A DNA stretch of 64,000 bases, taken from Opitutia bacterium. Lineage in GTDB: Bacteria > Verrucomicrobiota > Verrucomicrobiia > Opitutales > Opitutaceae. A program made the position numbers and the translations under genes. Under the pieces are notes generated by a model. It had not been told where the DNA came from. It was given only the letters and a program-made list of their open reading frames with translations, and searched no databases. The stretch is taken from the NCBI GenBank assembly GCA_947478395.1, contig CANJVR010000001.1, positions 608,001 to 672,000 on the forward strand. The letters run 5' to 3'. Positions 18,020 through 28,427 of this stretch are shown one piece after another (the first letter of the stretch is position 1; the number at the start of each line of letters is the position of its first letter).

Positions 18020-19936
18020 TCAGTTTCGATCGTCCACCTGCACAAATTGCTGGTAAAGGGCCGCGTATCGCCCACCCGCCGCAAGCAACTGCGTGTGCGT
18101 CCCACGCTCGACGATGCGGCCCTGGTCCAGCACGAGCACGAGGTCCGCGTGACGAATCGTGCTGAGTCGGTGTGCGACAATGAAACTCGTACGCCCGCGC
18201 AGGAGCGTCCGCAAAGCCGTCTGCAATCGAGCCTCCGTCAACGCGTCGATGGAACTCGTGGCCTCGTCGAGAATCACGAGGCGCGGGTCGGCCAGCAACG
18301 CGCGCGTGAAACACACGAGCTGACGCTGGCCGACGGAAAGCGCCGAGCCGCGTTCCCCCACCTCGGTCTCAAATCCGCGCGGCAAGCCTTCGAGAATATC
18401 CAGGCAGTCGAGCTGCGCCGCAGCGGCGCGAACCTCGGCGTCGGTGGCCTCCGGTTTCGCGAGGCGGATGTTCGCCATGACCGTCCCGCTGAAAAGAAAG
18501 TTCTGCTGCTGGACCATGCCCATCTGTCGATGCAGCGACTGGCTCGTGATCGTACGAATTTCGCGGCCGTCGATCAAAAGCTGACCCTCCGTCGGAAGAT
18601 AAAATTTCGAGACGAGATTGATGATCGAGCTCTTGCCGCTGCCGGTGTGTCCGACCAGTGCGACGGTCTGCCCCGGCTCCGCCGCGAAAGAGATGTCACG
18701 CAACACGAGGCGCGCCGGATCGTAGCCGAAGGAAAGATCGCGGAACTCGACGGCGGCGCCGGCGGCGAGGCTTGGCGTTCCCGGTTGCGGGTTCTGAGTT
18801 GGGGAAAACGGAACCCGCAACTCCGAACCCATAACTGCGCCGGGGTTACGCGGATCGGCCAGCGGCGTCGCATCGGACGCGTCTTCCCAATCCGGTACGG
18901 TGTCGATCAGGCGAAACACACGCTCCGCCCCGGCCATCGCGACCAACGCCTGATTGTATTGATTGCCGATGATCGCGATCGGCGAAAAAAAGAAATTCGA
19001 AAGAAGGAAAAACGCGACCAGCGCATCGATGGTCATCGCGCCTTCGAACACGCGCCAACCGCCAAAAAGCAGCAGAATGGCCACGAAGAACTGGCTATTC
19101 AGTTCCAACAATGGGGTGAGAATCGCCGACGTCCGCGCGTACGCGATGTTGTAACGTGCGTGGTCCGCGAGCAGCCCGCGAAAGAGCCCGGCGTTGGTCT
19201 CTTGCCGCACGAAGCCTTGCGTCACCCGGATGCCGTTGACCGATTCAGCGAGCGTCGCGGTCACGCGGCTGAAGCTCTCCGAGGCCGCGCGCGTGAGCCC
19301 GCTGAGCTTCAGGCGAAAATGGTTATTCAGCAGCCAGAGCACGGGCGCCATGCCGATGATCACGAGGAAGAGCACCCAATCGTAGCTGACCATGACCACC
19401 GCAGTGAAAATCATTTGCCCCAGCTGAATGATGCTCACGAACAGCACATCCTGAATGCCGACGCGCACCGATTCCACGTCACTCGTCACGCGGCCGATGA
19501 TACGGCCGATTTTGAAGCGGTGGAAAAAGCTCATCGGCTGCCGCTGGGTCTTCGCGAAGATTTCTGCGCGCAGGCCGTTGACCACCGTCTCGCCGATCTC
19601 GAGCGCATAACGCTGGCGCCAGTGGAATAACAGGTCGGTCGTAAACGCCAGCACCGCGTAACCGAGCACGGCCCACGGTAACGCGCCGACTTCGTGCCGC
19701 GCAATCGGACCCGAGATGATTTTCGCCGACGCCCAGATCACCGCCGGCAATTGCGCGGAGCGAATCAGGCTGAGCACCGTGAGTGCGTTGAGTTTCCATT
19801 GCATCGGGCGGGCGTACGACAACAGCCGGCGCATCAGCCCCCATTCCAGTGGACGCACGATCTCCTCGTCCTCGTCGGCGTCGCGCAGGCGGTGGACGAG
19901 ACCGATGTCGCGCACTTTGGGCGGCAAGGCACTCAT
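18020..19936 (-). CDS. ABC exporter half-transporter (TMD+NBD), second subunit of a heterodimer
   Basis: GHTGSGKSS, LSVGQRQ, ILDEATS and AHRL. The start overlaps the partner's stop. Confidence 0.92.
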   Translation of the reverse strand: MSALPPKVRDIGLVHRLRDADEDEEIVRPLEWGLMRRLLSYARPMQWKLNALTVLSLIRSAQLPAVIWASAKIISGPIARHEVGALPWAVLGYAVLAFTTDLLFHWRQRYALEIGETVVNGLRAEIFAKTQRQPMSFFHRFKIGRIIGRVTSDVESVRVGIQDVLFVSIIQLGQMIFTAVVMVSYDWVLFLVIIGMAPVLWLLNNHFRLKLSGLTRAASESFSRVTATLAESVNGIRVTQGFVRQETNAGLFRGLLADHARYNIAYARTSAILTPLLELNSQFFVAILLLFGGWRVFEGAMTIDALVAFFLLSNFFFSPIAIIGNQYNQALVAMAGAERVFRLIDTVPDWEDASDATPLADPRNPGAVMGSELRVPFSPTQNPQPGTPSLAAGAAVEFRDLSFGYDPARLVLRDISFAAEPGQTVALVGHTGSGKSSIINLVSKFYLPTEGQLLIDGREIRTITSQSLHRQMGMVQQQNFLFSGTVMANIRLAKPEATDAEVRAAAAQLDCLDILEGLPRGFETEVGERGSALSVGQRQLVCFTRALLADPRLVILDEATSSIDALTEARLQTALRTLLRGRTSFIVAHRLSTIRHADLVLVLDQGRIVERGTHTQLLAAGGRYAALYQQFVQVDDRN

Positions 19937-21816
19937 GCGGAGTTCTCCTCGAGTTTGGCCGATTGCAATTCGCGGTTGTCGACGAGCTGGAGATTCGCGA
20001 CGTGCAGATACGGGCCGGGCTGGCGCATCAGTTGGTCGTGGGTGCCGCGCTGCACGATGCGCCCATTTTCCAGCACGATGATAAAGTCTGCGCGGCGGAG
20101 TGTGCTCAGCCGATGCGCGACGATGAATGTGGTCCGGCCGGCCATCGCGCGATCGAGGGCCTCGAAAATCTCGTGCTCGGTTTCGCTGTCGATCGCCGCC
20201 GTCGGATCGTCGAGCAACAGGATCGCAGGTTCGAGCAGGACGGCGCGCGCGATCGCGAGGCGCTGGCGTTGTCCGCCGGAGAGCGTGCTCCCGCTTTCCC
20301 CGAGGATGGTGCTGTAGCCCTGTGGCAGAGCCATGATGAAGTCGTGCGCGGCGGCGATGCGCGCGGCTTTCTCAATCTGAGCCGGGGTCGCCTCGGGATG
20401 GCCGAAAGCGATGTTGGCCGAGATCGTGTTGGAAAAAAGAAAGCTCTCCTGAAAAACCAGCCCGATGTTGCGGCGCAAATCGTCGAGGTGGATCTGCCGC
20501 GCATCGAGCCCATCGATCAGCACCCGGCCCGCCGTCGGATCGAAGAAGCGCGGCACGAGACTCATCAACACGCTCTTCCCCGAGCCGGTCGCACCGAGGA
20601 TCGCGATGCACTGGCCCGGCTGAACTTCCAGGTCGATGTCGCGCACGACGGCATCGGCGCCGTCGTAGGCGAACGAGACGTTTTCGAATTTAACCGTGCC
20701 CGCGAGTTTCGGACGGCGCACAGCGTCGGGCGCGTTTTTTACCTCAACCGGAGCGTCAAGAATCTCGAACACGCGGCGCGCGCCAATGAGGGATTGCTGC
20801 ACGCTGTTCACGATCGTGGCGACGTTGTTGATCTGACCGGAAAATTGTTCGAGCAAACCGGCGAACACCACCAAGCCGGTGCCGAACGGCAGCTGACCCT
20901 GCGCCACCAGCCAGCCGCCGTAGCCGAGGAGGACCATCATGTTCACGCGGGTCAGAAAGCCCACCACCGGCGTGAACAAACTGAGCCGCCAGAAAATTCC
21001 GCGCTGCTGATCGTAGCAGGCTTGGTTGGCGGTATCGAACTGCGCCCGGCTTTCCGCTTCGCGCCCGAACCCCTTGGTCACCGCCACGCCTTGAATACTC
21101 TCGGCCAAGATCTGAACCATTTTTTCCACCAAGTTGCGATTGAGCGCATATTCCGGTTGCGTGCGGCGAGTGTGCCAGGCGGAGAGCGCCCAGAGCACGG
21201 GCGTCGTCGCAAGACAGGCGACGGTCAGGCCCGGATGCAGGCTCGCCATGTAAACCACGTAGACGGTCAGCGAGATTATCATGATCACACTTTGGATCAG
21301 GACTTGATCGACGAACATCCGCACACTTTGTGCATCGCTTGTTACCCGGGTGATGATCGAACCCGTCGAGTGGGCGTCGAAAAACCGGAAACTCAGCCGC
21401 TGGAGTTTGTCGTGCACCTCCGCGCGCAAGTCGACGACGAGCCGCTGCTGCACGAGCCGGTTGACCGAAACGGCATACACGTAGTTGAGCACCGCGCGCG
21501 CGATCGCAAACGTGAGAATGCAGCCCGCGAGCAGACCGAGCACCTGCAGCGGCGCCCAGGTTTCGGGCAGCACCAGGTGCAGTTTATTCGCCCCGAGCGG
21601 CACATGCTCGATACGGTGCTTGATGTAATCGATGCCGAGTCCGGTAAAACTCAGACCGAAAATGCCGAGGGTCAGCAGCACAAGCTGAATACCGAGCACC
21701 CGCAGGCAATGCAGCCGATACCGCCAAGTAAGCCCGAATAATCGCCGCACGAGCGCCGCGTTGCTGAGCGCGGGCGCGACGGCGGAATCGGTTAACGTGG
21801 CGGACATTTGGCCCAT
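19933..21816 (-). CDS. ABC exporter half-transporter (TMD+NBD), first subunit of a heterodimer
   Basis: GATGSGKS, LSGGQRQ, and Walker B LLLDDP lacking the catalytic Glu, as expected for a heterodimer with one degenerate site. Confidence 0.92.
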   Translation of the reverse strand: MGQMSATLTDSAVAPALSNAALVRRLFGLTWRYRLHCLRVLGIQLVLLTLGIFGLSFTGLGIDYIKHRIEHVPLGANKLHLVLPETWAPLQVLGLLAGCILTFAIARAVLNYVYAVSVNRLVQQRLVVDLRAEVHDKLQRLSFRFFDAHSTGSIITRVTSDAQSVRMFVDQVLIQSVIMIISLTVYVVYMASLHPGLTVACLATTPVLWALSAWHTRRTQPEYALNRNLVEKMVQILAESIQGVAVTKGFGREAESRAQFDTANQACYDQQRGIFWRLSLFTPVVGFLTRVNMMVLLGYGGWLVAQGQLPFGTGLVVFAGLLEQFSGQINNVATIVNSVQQSLIGARRVFEILDAPVEVKNAPDAVRRPKLAGTVKFENVSFAYDGADAVVRDIDLEVQPGQCIAILGATGSGKSVLMSLVPRFFDPTAGRVLIDGLDARQIHLDDLRRNIGLVFQESFLFSNTISANIAFGHPEATPAQIEKAARIAAAHDFIMALPQGYSTILGESGSTLSGGQRQRLAIARAVLLEPAILLLDDPTAAIDSETEHEIFEALDRAMAGRTTFIVAHRLSTLRRADFIIVLENGRIVQRGTHDQLMRQPGPYLHVANLQLVDNRELQSAKLEENSA

Positions 21817-22081
21817 AACTTAAGCCGGGCCGCAGCCACTGCACGAAATAATTTTGCCCGGGGGTGTGGCAGCCTCTCGAACGACCAAGAGCCAAGAAGC
21901 ATTCAAACGAAAACGCGCCGGCCTCTCTCAATTCAAAGGAGGCAGGGAGTGATATCTTTAACGCACCGGATTGGCGTCGCTCGTTCTGGGAGCCGATTCG
22001 CGGCAGCGGGTTAGGCCGTTCCGCTTCACGCTGGCCCCGAACCGGTCGATCGAAGAGGCCTGCCTTACCGTCGAACCCAGG

Positions 22082-22684
22082 CTACTGCCCACGCCGCAAA
22101 TTCGAATTCTGCGCCGCGCCGCTCTGCATCGGCGCGTTGGGCGCCGGGGCCGGAGCTTGCGCCGACGGCTGGGCCGGGCCCTGCGCATCCCGCAGCGCCC
22201 GCCGACGGCGAACCTCGGCGGCCACGTCGTCGAGGCGCTTCTGTTCGTCCGCGGGCGTAGGACTCAGCACGACACTTTGCGTCACGAGATTCGGACCGCC
22301 CGGCGCAGCGGGCACGGGCAAAGGCATCACGGCCTGGCCCGACGACGCGACTTTCGCTTCCCGCATCGACAAATTGAAAGTGCGGCCGCCCTGCTCGACC
22401 GTCACGGATTCCTTCGTCGAGTTCTGGCCTTTGATGACGAAACCATTGCCCTGTTCCTCCGGCTTAACCCACGTCCCCTTCCCCTTCGCCGTGTCGTAGA
22501 TGTAATACTGCACGACATTGCCCAACGCCATCACGCCTCGCAGCTCGATCAGCGAAGCCTCGGTCGAAGCGGCCGCGGCCGAACCTGGCACCGGCAGAAA
22601 TGGGGAATGGGTGGCGAGTTGCGCCCACGCCCCGCTGACGGACAACGCAACACCGGCCGCGAGCAGGAGACGTGGAACGTTCAT
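22082..22684 (-). CDS. Exported hypothetical protein with a small beta-rich domain (GspC/PilP-like?)
   Basis: Signal peptide ending AWA; SPFLP, ELRGVM, TWVK and VTVEQGGRTFNL; Pro/Gln-rich tail. Start set at MNVPRLL. Confidence 0.6.
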   Translation of the reverse strand: MNVPRLLLAAGVALSVSGAWAQLATHSPFLPVPGSAAAASTEASLIELRGVMALGNVVQYYIYDTAKGKGTWVKPEEQGNGFVIKGQNSTKESVTVEQGGRTFNLSMREAKVASSGQAVMPLPVPAAPGGPNLVTQSVVLSPTPADEQKRLDDVAAEVRRRRALRDAQGPAQPSAQAPAPAPNAPMQSGAAQNSNLRRGQ

Positions 22685-22912
22685 CGGGACAACCGAACAA
22701 GAACAAGACCATGCGCGGGTCAAGCGGAGTGAAGGCCATCCGGACGTCAACGATACCCTAGGTCGCGCGCCGCTTTTACCCGCGGGCCGGGAGGCCAAAT
22801 GTGGGCCACCGCTCCGCCGGACCCGAGCGCAGAACGTTCCATGATCATACGAAGTCGAAAAAATCGGCGGCCGCAGGCGACGGCCGGCCGATAAAAATTA
22901 AAACTCGCTTTG

Positions 22913-22938
22913 GAAACTCAAAATACTTTTTAAGTTTC
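22913..22938. promoter_or_regulatory. Candidate TetR operator
   Basis: Imperfect palindrome GAAACTCAAAATACTTTTTAAGTTTC ending 8 bp before the tetR start. Confidence 0.6.
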
Positions 22939-22946
22939 TCCACGCC

Positions 22947-23603
22947 ATGCGTGCCGTGCCAACCCTGCTTTCCCGGTCGCAGCCTCGGTTTGTGCCGGCG
23001 GCGGTGCCGGCGCGGATACTGGCGCAGGCCCGGGCGAATTTTTTCGCGCAGGGCTACAGCGGGTTCAAGATGGACGAGCTCGCGGCGGAGCTCGGGCTGA
23101 GTAAAAAAACGCTCTACGTTCATTTCGCCAGCAAAGACGAGATCCTCCGGGCAACGATCGAGCAGCTCGGTCATGAGATCCGCGCCGACGCCGACGCGCT
23201 CCTGAGCGATGACATGCTCACCTTCGCCGAAAAGCTGCGCCGTTTTGCGGAGGGCATGACCCAGCGGCTGACGCTGTTAAATCCGCGGACCGTGCGCGAT
23301 CTTCAGCGTTTTGCCCCGGACCTGCATCGGCTGGTCGAGGAGATGCGGCAGAAAAATATTCCTTACATTTTCGGCCGTTTCATCGCGGAGGGACAGACCG
23401 CCGGCATGGTTCGAGCCGACCTCAACCGCGCCCTCGCCATCGAGTTTTTTCTCCAGGCCATGCAAGGCCTGTTTCAAACCGCCACACTTGAGCGCCTCGA
23501 ACTCGCCCCGCGCGAGGTCTGCGCGCACGCCATCGATCTCTTTTTTGGCGGCCTCCTCACCGCGGCCGGCCGCAAAGAACATGAAAAACTTTTCTCCCGC
23601 TAA
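22947..23603 (+). CDS. TetR/AcrR family regulator
   Basis: HTH MDELAAELGLSKKTLYVHFASKDE. Confidence 0.93.
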   Translation: MRAVPTLLSRSQPRFVPAAVPARILAQARANFFAQGYSGFKMDELAAELGLSKKTLYVHFASKDEILRATIEQLGHEIRADADALLSDDMLTFAEKLRRFAEGMTQRLTLLNPRTVRDLQRFAPDLHRLVEEMRQKNIPYIFGRFIAEGQTAGMVRADLNRALAIEFFLQAMQGLFQTATLERLELAPREVCAHAIDLFFGGLLTAAGRKEHEKLFSR

Positions 23604-24567
23604 ACTCGTTCTTGTATTTATCGCTACGCTGCTGGTCGCGGGCTGCGCGAGAAACGTCCCCTCCGGCTATCAAGGCTACCTCGAGGGCGAATTTCTCTAC
23701 ATCGCCGCACCCCTCGGTGGACAACTCGAGCAGCTCGCTGTCACCAAGGGCTCGCGCGTGACCGCCGGCGCGGCGCTCTTCGTCCTCGAGCGCGCGAGCG
23801 AACTCGCCGCCCGACGCCAAGCCGCGGACCAGCTCCGCACCGCCGAAGCCCGGCTGGCTGATTTACGGAAAGGTTCAAGGCCATCAGAGCTCGCCGCGCT
23901 CGAGGCGCGCGTCGAGCAGGCTCGAGCCGCCGCCGAACTTTCCCAACTCGACCTCGCGCGACAGGAAAACCTGTTCAAGACCGGCGTCGTCGCCGTCAGC
24001 GATTTTGATCGCGCCCGCCTGACCCACGAACGCAACCGCCGCGCCACCGAAGAACTCGTCGCGCAGCTCGCCACCGCCCGCCTCGGCGGCCGCACCGATG
24101 CGATCGCCGCCGCTGAATCTGAAGTCAACGCCGCTACGGCCGCCCGCGAAAAAGCCGACTGGTCTGTGGCACAGAAAAGCCAAACGGCTCCGCGCGACGC
24201 GCTGGTGTACGACACACTTTATCGCGCGGGCGAGTTTGTCGCGGCGGGCAATCCCGTCGTCGCGCTGCTGCCCGCCGAAAACATCAAGGCGCGTTTCTTC
24301 GTCCCCGAGGCGAACTTTGCCGCGTTGAAGGCGGGCGACGTGGTGCGAGTTACGCTTTCCGGCCGTGCTCCGCTCGACGCGCGGGTGAGCTATCTTTCGC
24401 CGCAGCCCGAATACACGCCGCCGATTCTCTACAACCGCGAGAACCGCTCGAAATTGGTGTTCATGATCGAGGCGACCTTCACCGACACCGCCGCGGCCCG
24501 GGACCTTCATCCCGGACAACCCGTGGACGTCGCTCTGGTCGGAGCGGCCGCGGCCGGTGCGCCTTGA
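23581..24567 (+). CDS. HlyD/YbhG-like membrane fusion lipoprotein
   Basis: Lipobox LVAGC, GYLEGE, alpha-helical hairpin, PEYTPP and LHPGQPV. Start set at MKNFS. Confidence 0.9.
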   Translation: MKNFSPAKLVLVFIATLLVAGCARNVPSGYQGYLEGEFLYIAAPLGGQLEQLAVTKGSRVTAGAALFVLERASELAARRQAADQLRTAEARLADLRKGSRPSELAALEARVEQARAAAELSQLDLARQENLFKTGVVAVSDFDRARLTHERNRRATEELVAQLATARLGGRTDAIAAAESEVNAATAAREKADWSVAQKSQTAPRDALVYDTLYRAGEFVAAGNPVVALLPAENIKARFFVPEANFAALKAGDVVRVTLSGRAPLDARVSYLSPQPEYTPPILYNRENRSKLVFMIEATFTDTAAARDLHPGQPVDVALVGAAAAGAP

Positions 24568-25514
24568 TCGAAGCGGACCAAATGCTCCCGCCACCCGCAG
24601 ATTTCGCCATCGATGTCACCGGCGTGACAAAACGTTTCGGCGACAAGACGGTCGTCAACGCGATCGATCTCCAAGTCCGACGCGGCGAAATCTACGGTTT
24701 TCTAGGGCCGAATGGCTCGGGCAAAACTACGTTCATCCGCATGCTTTGCGGCCTGCTTACGCCCGACGCTGGTTCCGGCACGTGCCTCGGCTACGATGTC
24801 CGCACCCAGCAAGCCGAGATCAAGCGTCACGTCGGCTACATGACGCAGAAATTCAGTTACTACGAAGATCTCAGCATCCGCGAAAATCTGGATTTCATCG
24901 CGCGCATCTACGACGTGCCGGATCGCGCGGCCGCCGTGCAACACAGTCTCGATCGTCTCGGTCTGGCCAATCGCAGTCACCAGCTCGCGGGCCAGCTTTC
25001 CGGCGGATGGAAGCAACGCGTCGCCCTCGCCGCGTGCCTCATCCATTCACCCCAACTGCTGCTGCTCGACGAGCCGACCGCCGGCGTAGACCCGAAAGCC
25101 CGGCGGGAATTTTGGGATGAAATTCACCAGCTCGCCGCCGACGGCCTTACGGTGCTCATCACCACGCACTACATGGACGAGGCCGAGCGCTGCCATCGCC
25201 TCGCCTACCTCGCGTACGGCCATTTGCTGGCGCGGGGAACGCTCGCCGATGTGCTGAAGGCCGCGGAGCTCACAACGTGGATGGTCGCCGGCCCCGATCT
25301 GCGTCCCTTGGCGGCCGCACTACGGGGTCGCCCTGGGGTTGAGCAAGTCGTCGCCTTCGGCAATATTCTCCACGTGAGCGGCCGCGACTGCGCGCAGCTC
25401 GACGCCACCATCGCAGCGCTGAAGGATCCGCGTCACGAGTGGAGAAAAATCCCTTCCGGCCTTGAGGATGTTTTCATCAGCCTGATGGACCAGGCAAAGG
25501 ATAATTTCTCGTGA
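24564..25514 (+). CDS. ABC-2 type ATP-binding protein, YbhF-like
   Basis: GPNGSGKTT, LSGGWKQR, LLDEPT and TTHYMDEA. Confidence 0.92.
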   Translation: MIEADQMLPPPADFAIDVTGVTKRFGDKTVVNAIDLQVRRGEIYGFLGPNGSGKTTFIRMLCGLLTPDAGSGTCLGYDVRTQQAEIKRHVGYMTQKFSYYEDLSIRENLDFIARIYDVPDRAAAVQHSLDRLGLANRSHQLAGQLSGGWKQRVALAACLIHSPQLLLLDEPTAGVDPKARREFWDEIHQLAADGLTVLITTHYMDEAERCHRLAYLAYGHLLARGTLADVLKAAELTTWMVAGPDLRPLAAALRGRPGVEQVVAFGNILHVSGRDCAQLDATIAALKDPRHEWRKIPSGLEDVFISLMDQAKDNFS

Positions 25515-25521
25515 GAAACCG

Positions 25522-26655
25522 ATGAGACGCTTCACCCTCCACCGTCTCTGGGCGATCGTGCTCAAGGAATTCATCCAGATGAAACGCGACCGCGTGACGT
25601 TTGGGATGATGGTCGGAATTCCGTTGATGCAGCTGATGATGTTCGGCTTCGCGATCAATTCCGATCCGCGCCATTTGCCGACAGCCATTCGGGCCGCGGA
25701 CCAAGGTCCGTTTGCGCGCACCCTCGTGCAAGCTCTGCGCACCAGCGACTACTTTGCGCTCGTCCGTGAAACCGCTTCCGAGGCGGAAGCGCAGCATCTC
25801 CTTCAGCTCGGCGAGGTGCAGTTCGTCATCAACATTCCCGAGGACTTTTCGCGCCAACTACTCCGGGGCGAGCGTCCCACCGTGCTCATCGAGGCCGATG
25901 CCACCGATCCCGCCGCCACCGGGCCCGCGCTCGCCGCGGTGAACGCGCTCGCCAGCACCGTATTCAATCGCGACCTGCCCGGTCCGCTGGCTCGCCTGCA
26001 CGCCAAAAGCGGTCCCGTGGATTTCCGCGTCCACGCCCACTACAATCCGGAAAACATCACCCAGTACAACGTCGTCCCCGGCCTCATGGGCGTCGTGCTC
26101 ACGATGACGATGGTCGTAATTACCGCGCTCGCCATCACGCGCGAACGCGAACGCGGCACGATGGAAAATCTGCTCGCGACGCCGGTTCGGCCTTTCGAGG
26201 TCATGGTGGGGAAAATAATTCCGTATATCGTCGTCGGCTACATCCAGGTTTCCCTCATCCTGCTCGCGGCACATTTTCTTTTCCACGTGCCGATGGTAGG
26301 AAGCCTGCCGCTACTCTACGGCGTGTCGCTGGTTTTCATCGCGGCGAATTTGGCGGTTGGAATTACCTTCTCCACGCTCGCGCAAAATCAGCTGCAGGCC
26401 GTGCAGATGGCGTTCTTCTTTTTTCTGCCTTCGATTCTGCTTTCCGGTTTCATGTTTCCATTTCGCGGCATGCCGCCTTGGGCGCAGGTCGTTGGCTCCG
26501 TGCTCCCCAACACGCATTTCCTCCGCATCGTCCGCGGCATTCTGCTGAAAGGAAACGGCCTCGCGGAAATTGCGCCCGAGATCTGGCCGCTCCTGGTGTT
26601 TCTCGCCGTGGCGATGACGATCGGCGTACGGCGCTACCGGCAGACGCTCGACTAG
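25522..26655 (+). CDS. ABC-2 type permease, YbhS/R-like
   Basis: KEFIQMKRD, RERERGTMENL, GKIIPY and LSGFMFP. Confidence 0.92.
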   Translation: MRRFTLHRLWAIVLKEFIQMKRDRVTFGMMVGIPLMQLMMFGFAINSDPRHLPTAIRAADQGPFARTLVQALRTSDYFALVRETASEAEAQHLLQLGEVQFVINIPEDFSRQLLRGERPTVLIEADATDPAATGPALAAVNALASTVFNRDLPGPLARLHAKSGPVDFRVHAHYNPENITQYNVVPGLMGVVLTMTMVVITALAITRERERGTMENLLATPVRPFEVMVGKIIPYIVVGYIQVSLILLAAHFLFHVPMVGSLPLLYGVSLVFIAANLAVGITFSTLAQNQLQAVQMAFFFFLPSILLSGFMFPFRGMPPWAQVVGSVLPNTHFLRIVRGILLKGNGLAEIAPEIWPLLVFLAVAMTIGVRRYRQTLD

Positions 26656-26929
26656 CGCGCACGGCGCGCTACCTGCGGTTTCAAGTGGTGAATTTTGCGG
26701 TTCGAAAATCCCAACGCAAAACTCGAAAAGACACCCCTGCGCCTCCACCACGTCGAGCGACGCGAGGTTCGCGCCCGTATCAGTCGCGGATGCCGCCGTG
26801 GGATCGCAAGAAACGGAACACGGCGGAGTAATCGCGCCGGTGACACCTTCGCCGGGCTTTCGCGCAGAGAGAATTCACGATCGAGGGTAATGCCCGCACG
26901 GATCATCGCTTGGGTTAGGCGGATCGGCT

Positions 26930-28315
26930 TTACAGCAAGGTCCCGCGCATGATGACCAAAGCGACGGTGAAGTAGATGATCAGGCCGGTGACATCGACGA
27001 GGGTCGCAATGAAGGGCGCGCTCGACGTTGCCGGATCAAACCCGCAGCGCTTGATGACCAACGGCAACATCGAGCCCATCAGCGAACCCCACATCACGAT
27101 GCCCACGAGCGACACGCCGACCGTCGCGGCAACGAGGCCCCAGTGGTCGCCATAGGTATTAGGAAAAACATACGACCAAACCGAAATGCGCACGACGCCG
27201 ATCACACCGAGGATCAGGCCAAGCGCCAAGCCCGCCGCGAGTTCGCGCCGCATGATTCGCCACCAGTCCTTCAATTTGAATTCGCCCAGCGCCAGCGCGC
27301 GAATCACCAGCGTGGCCGCTTGCGAACCGGCATTGCCGCCCGAGCTCACGACCAGCGGCAGGAAAAGCGACAGGACAATGGCCTTGGCCAACTCGCCTTC
27401 GTAATATTTCAACGCGGTCGCCGTCAGCATTTCGCCGAGAAACAGGATCACGAGCCAGCTCGCGCGTTTCTTCACCATCTTGGAGAGCGCAATGGTCGTG
27501 TACGGTTCATCGAGCGCCTCGCTACCGCCTAGCTTCTGGATGTCCTCCGTCGCCTCTTCCTCCGCCACATCAAGCATGTCGTCGACCGTCACGATCCCGA
27601 TGATCTTTTTATTTTCGTCGACGACCGGCAGCGCCACCCGGTCGAATTTTCGAAACAGGCCGAGCGCCTTCTCGCGATCGTCCGTCGGCGCGAGCCAGGT
27701 GTAATTTCCATCGAGCAACGCTTTTACCGGCCGGTCCAACGGCGACAGCAAAAACCGCCGCACGCGGATGTCGTCCACGAGATGGCCGGCTTCATCGACG
27801 ACGTAGACCATGTTCAGCGTCTCGCGGTCGTAGCCGTGCTCGCGGATGTAATCGAGCGCTTCGCGCACCGACCACTCGGGGTGCACCGCCACGTAATCCA
27901 ACGTCATCATGCGGCCCACGCTGTGATCGGGATACGCCAGCAACGACTGCGCCACCTGCCGCTCGTTCGGCGAAAGCATGCCCAGCATCTGCATGGCGAC
28001 ATCGAGCGGAAGCTCGTTAAGAAACGTCGTGCGGTCGTCCGGCGGCAACGCATTCAACAGCGCAGCTGCCTGCTCCTGCGTCAGCACTTTGAGCAATTTC
28101 CGCTGCGCGTCCAACGCCATGTACGTAAACGTGGCGGCATCGAGTTCGCGCGAGCCCACCCGAAAAAGCGCGGCCAGTTCCTCGACGGGTAGCTCAGCGA
28201 TCAAAGGCGCCAGATCCGCGGGCAGCCACGGCTCCAGATATTTTTTCAATGCAGCCAGATCCTTGCGCGCGATCAGCACAGAGATATCGGCTTTGACGTT
28301 CGCTTGCGCGGGCAT
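26930..28315 (-). CDS. mgtE: Magnesium transporter MgtE
   Basis: N-domain, CBS pair, GIVTVDD, GGNAGSQ and DPATSSAPFIATLVDV. Start set at MPAQANV. Confidence 0.95.
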   Translation of the reverse strand: MPAQANVKADISVLIARKDLAALKKYLEPWLPADLAPLIAELPVEELAALFRVGSRELDAATFTYMALDAQRKLLKVLTQEQAAALLNALPPDDRTTFLNELPLDVAMQMLGMLSPNERQVAQSLLAYPDHSVGRMMTLDYVAVHPEWSVREALDYIREHGYDRETLNMVYVVDEAGHLVDDIRVRRFLLSPLDRPVKALLDGNYTWLAPTDDREKALGLFRKFDRVALPVVDENKKIIGIVTVDDMLDVAEEEATEDIQKLGGSEALDEPYTTIALSKMVKKRASWLVILFLGEMLTATALKYYEGELAKAIVLSLFLPLVVSSGGNAGSQAATLVIRALALGEFKLKDWWRIMRRELAAGLALGLILGVIGVVRISVWSYVFPNTYGDHWGLVAATVGVSLVGIVMWGSLMGSMLPLVIKRCGFDPATSSAPFIATLVDVTGLIIYFTVALVIMRGTLL

Positions 28316-28427
28316 GCGCCGAAGCAGACAGGCCCGCGCGCCGGTTTCAATCCCGCACCGCGGCGATCCGGAAACTGTCACGCGCTCGGGTATTATTTTT
28401 CCCGGCGGATTTTACGGAGGGTCTTTG

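Noticed and set aside
18047..21741. Long + strand ORFs of 527 aa and 630 aa
   Set aside because: They are antisense shadows of the ABC exporter genes in GC-rich DNA and carry no motifs.
26656..26929. Short ORFs between the ABC permease and mgtE
   Set aside because: They are Arg-rich, have no motifs or RBS, and look like non-coding GC-rich sequence.
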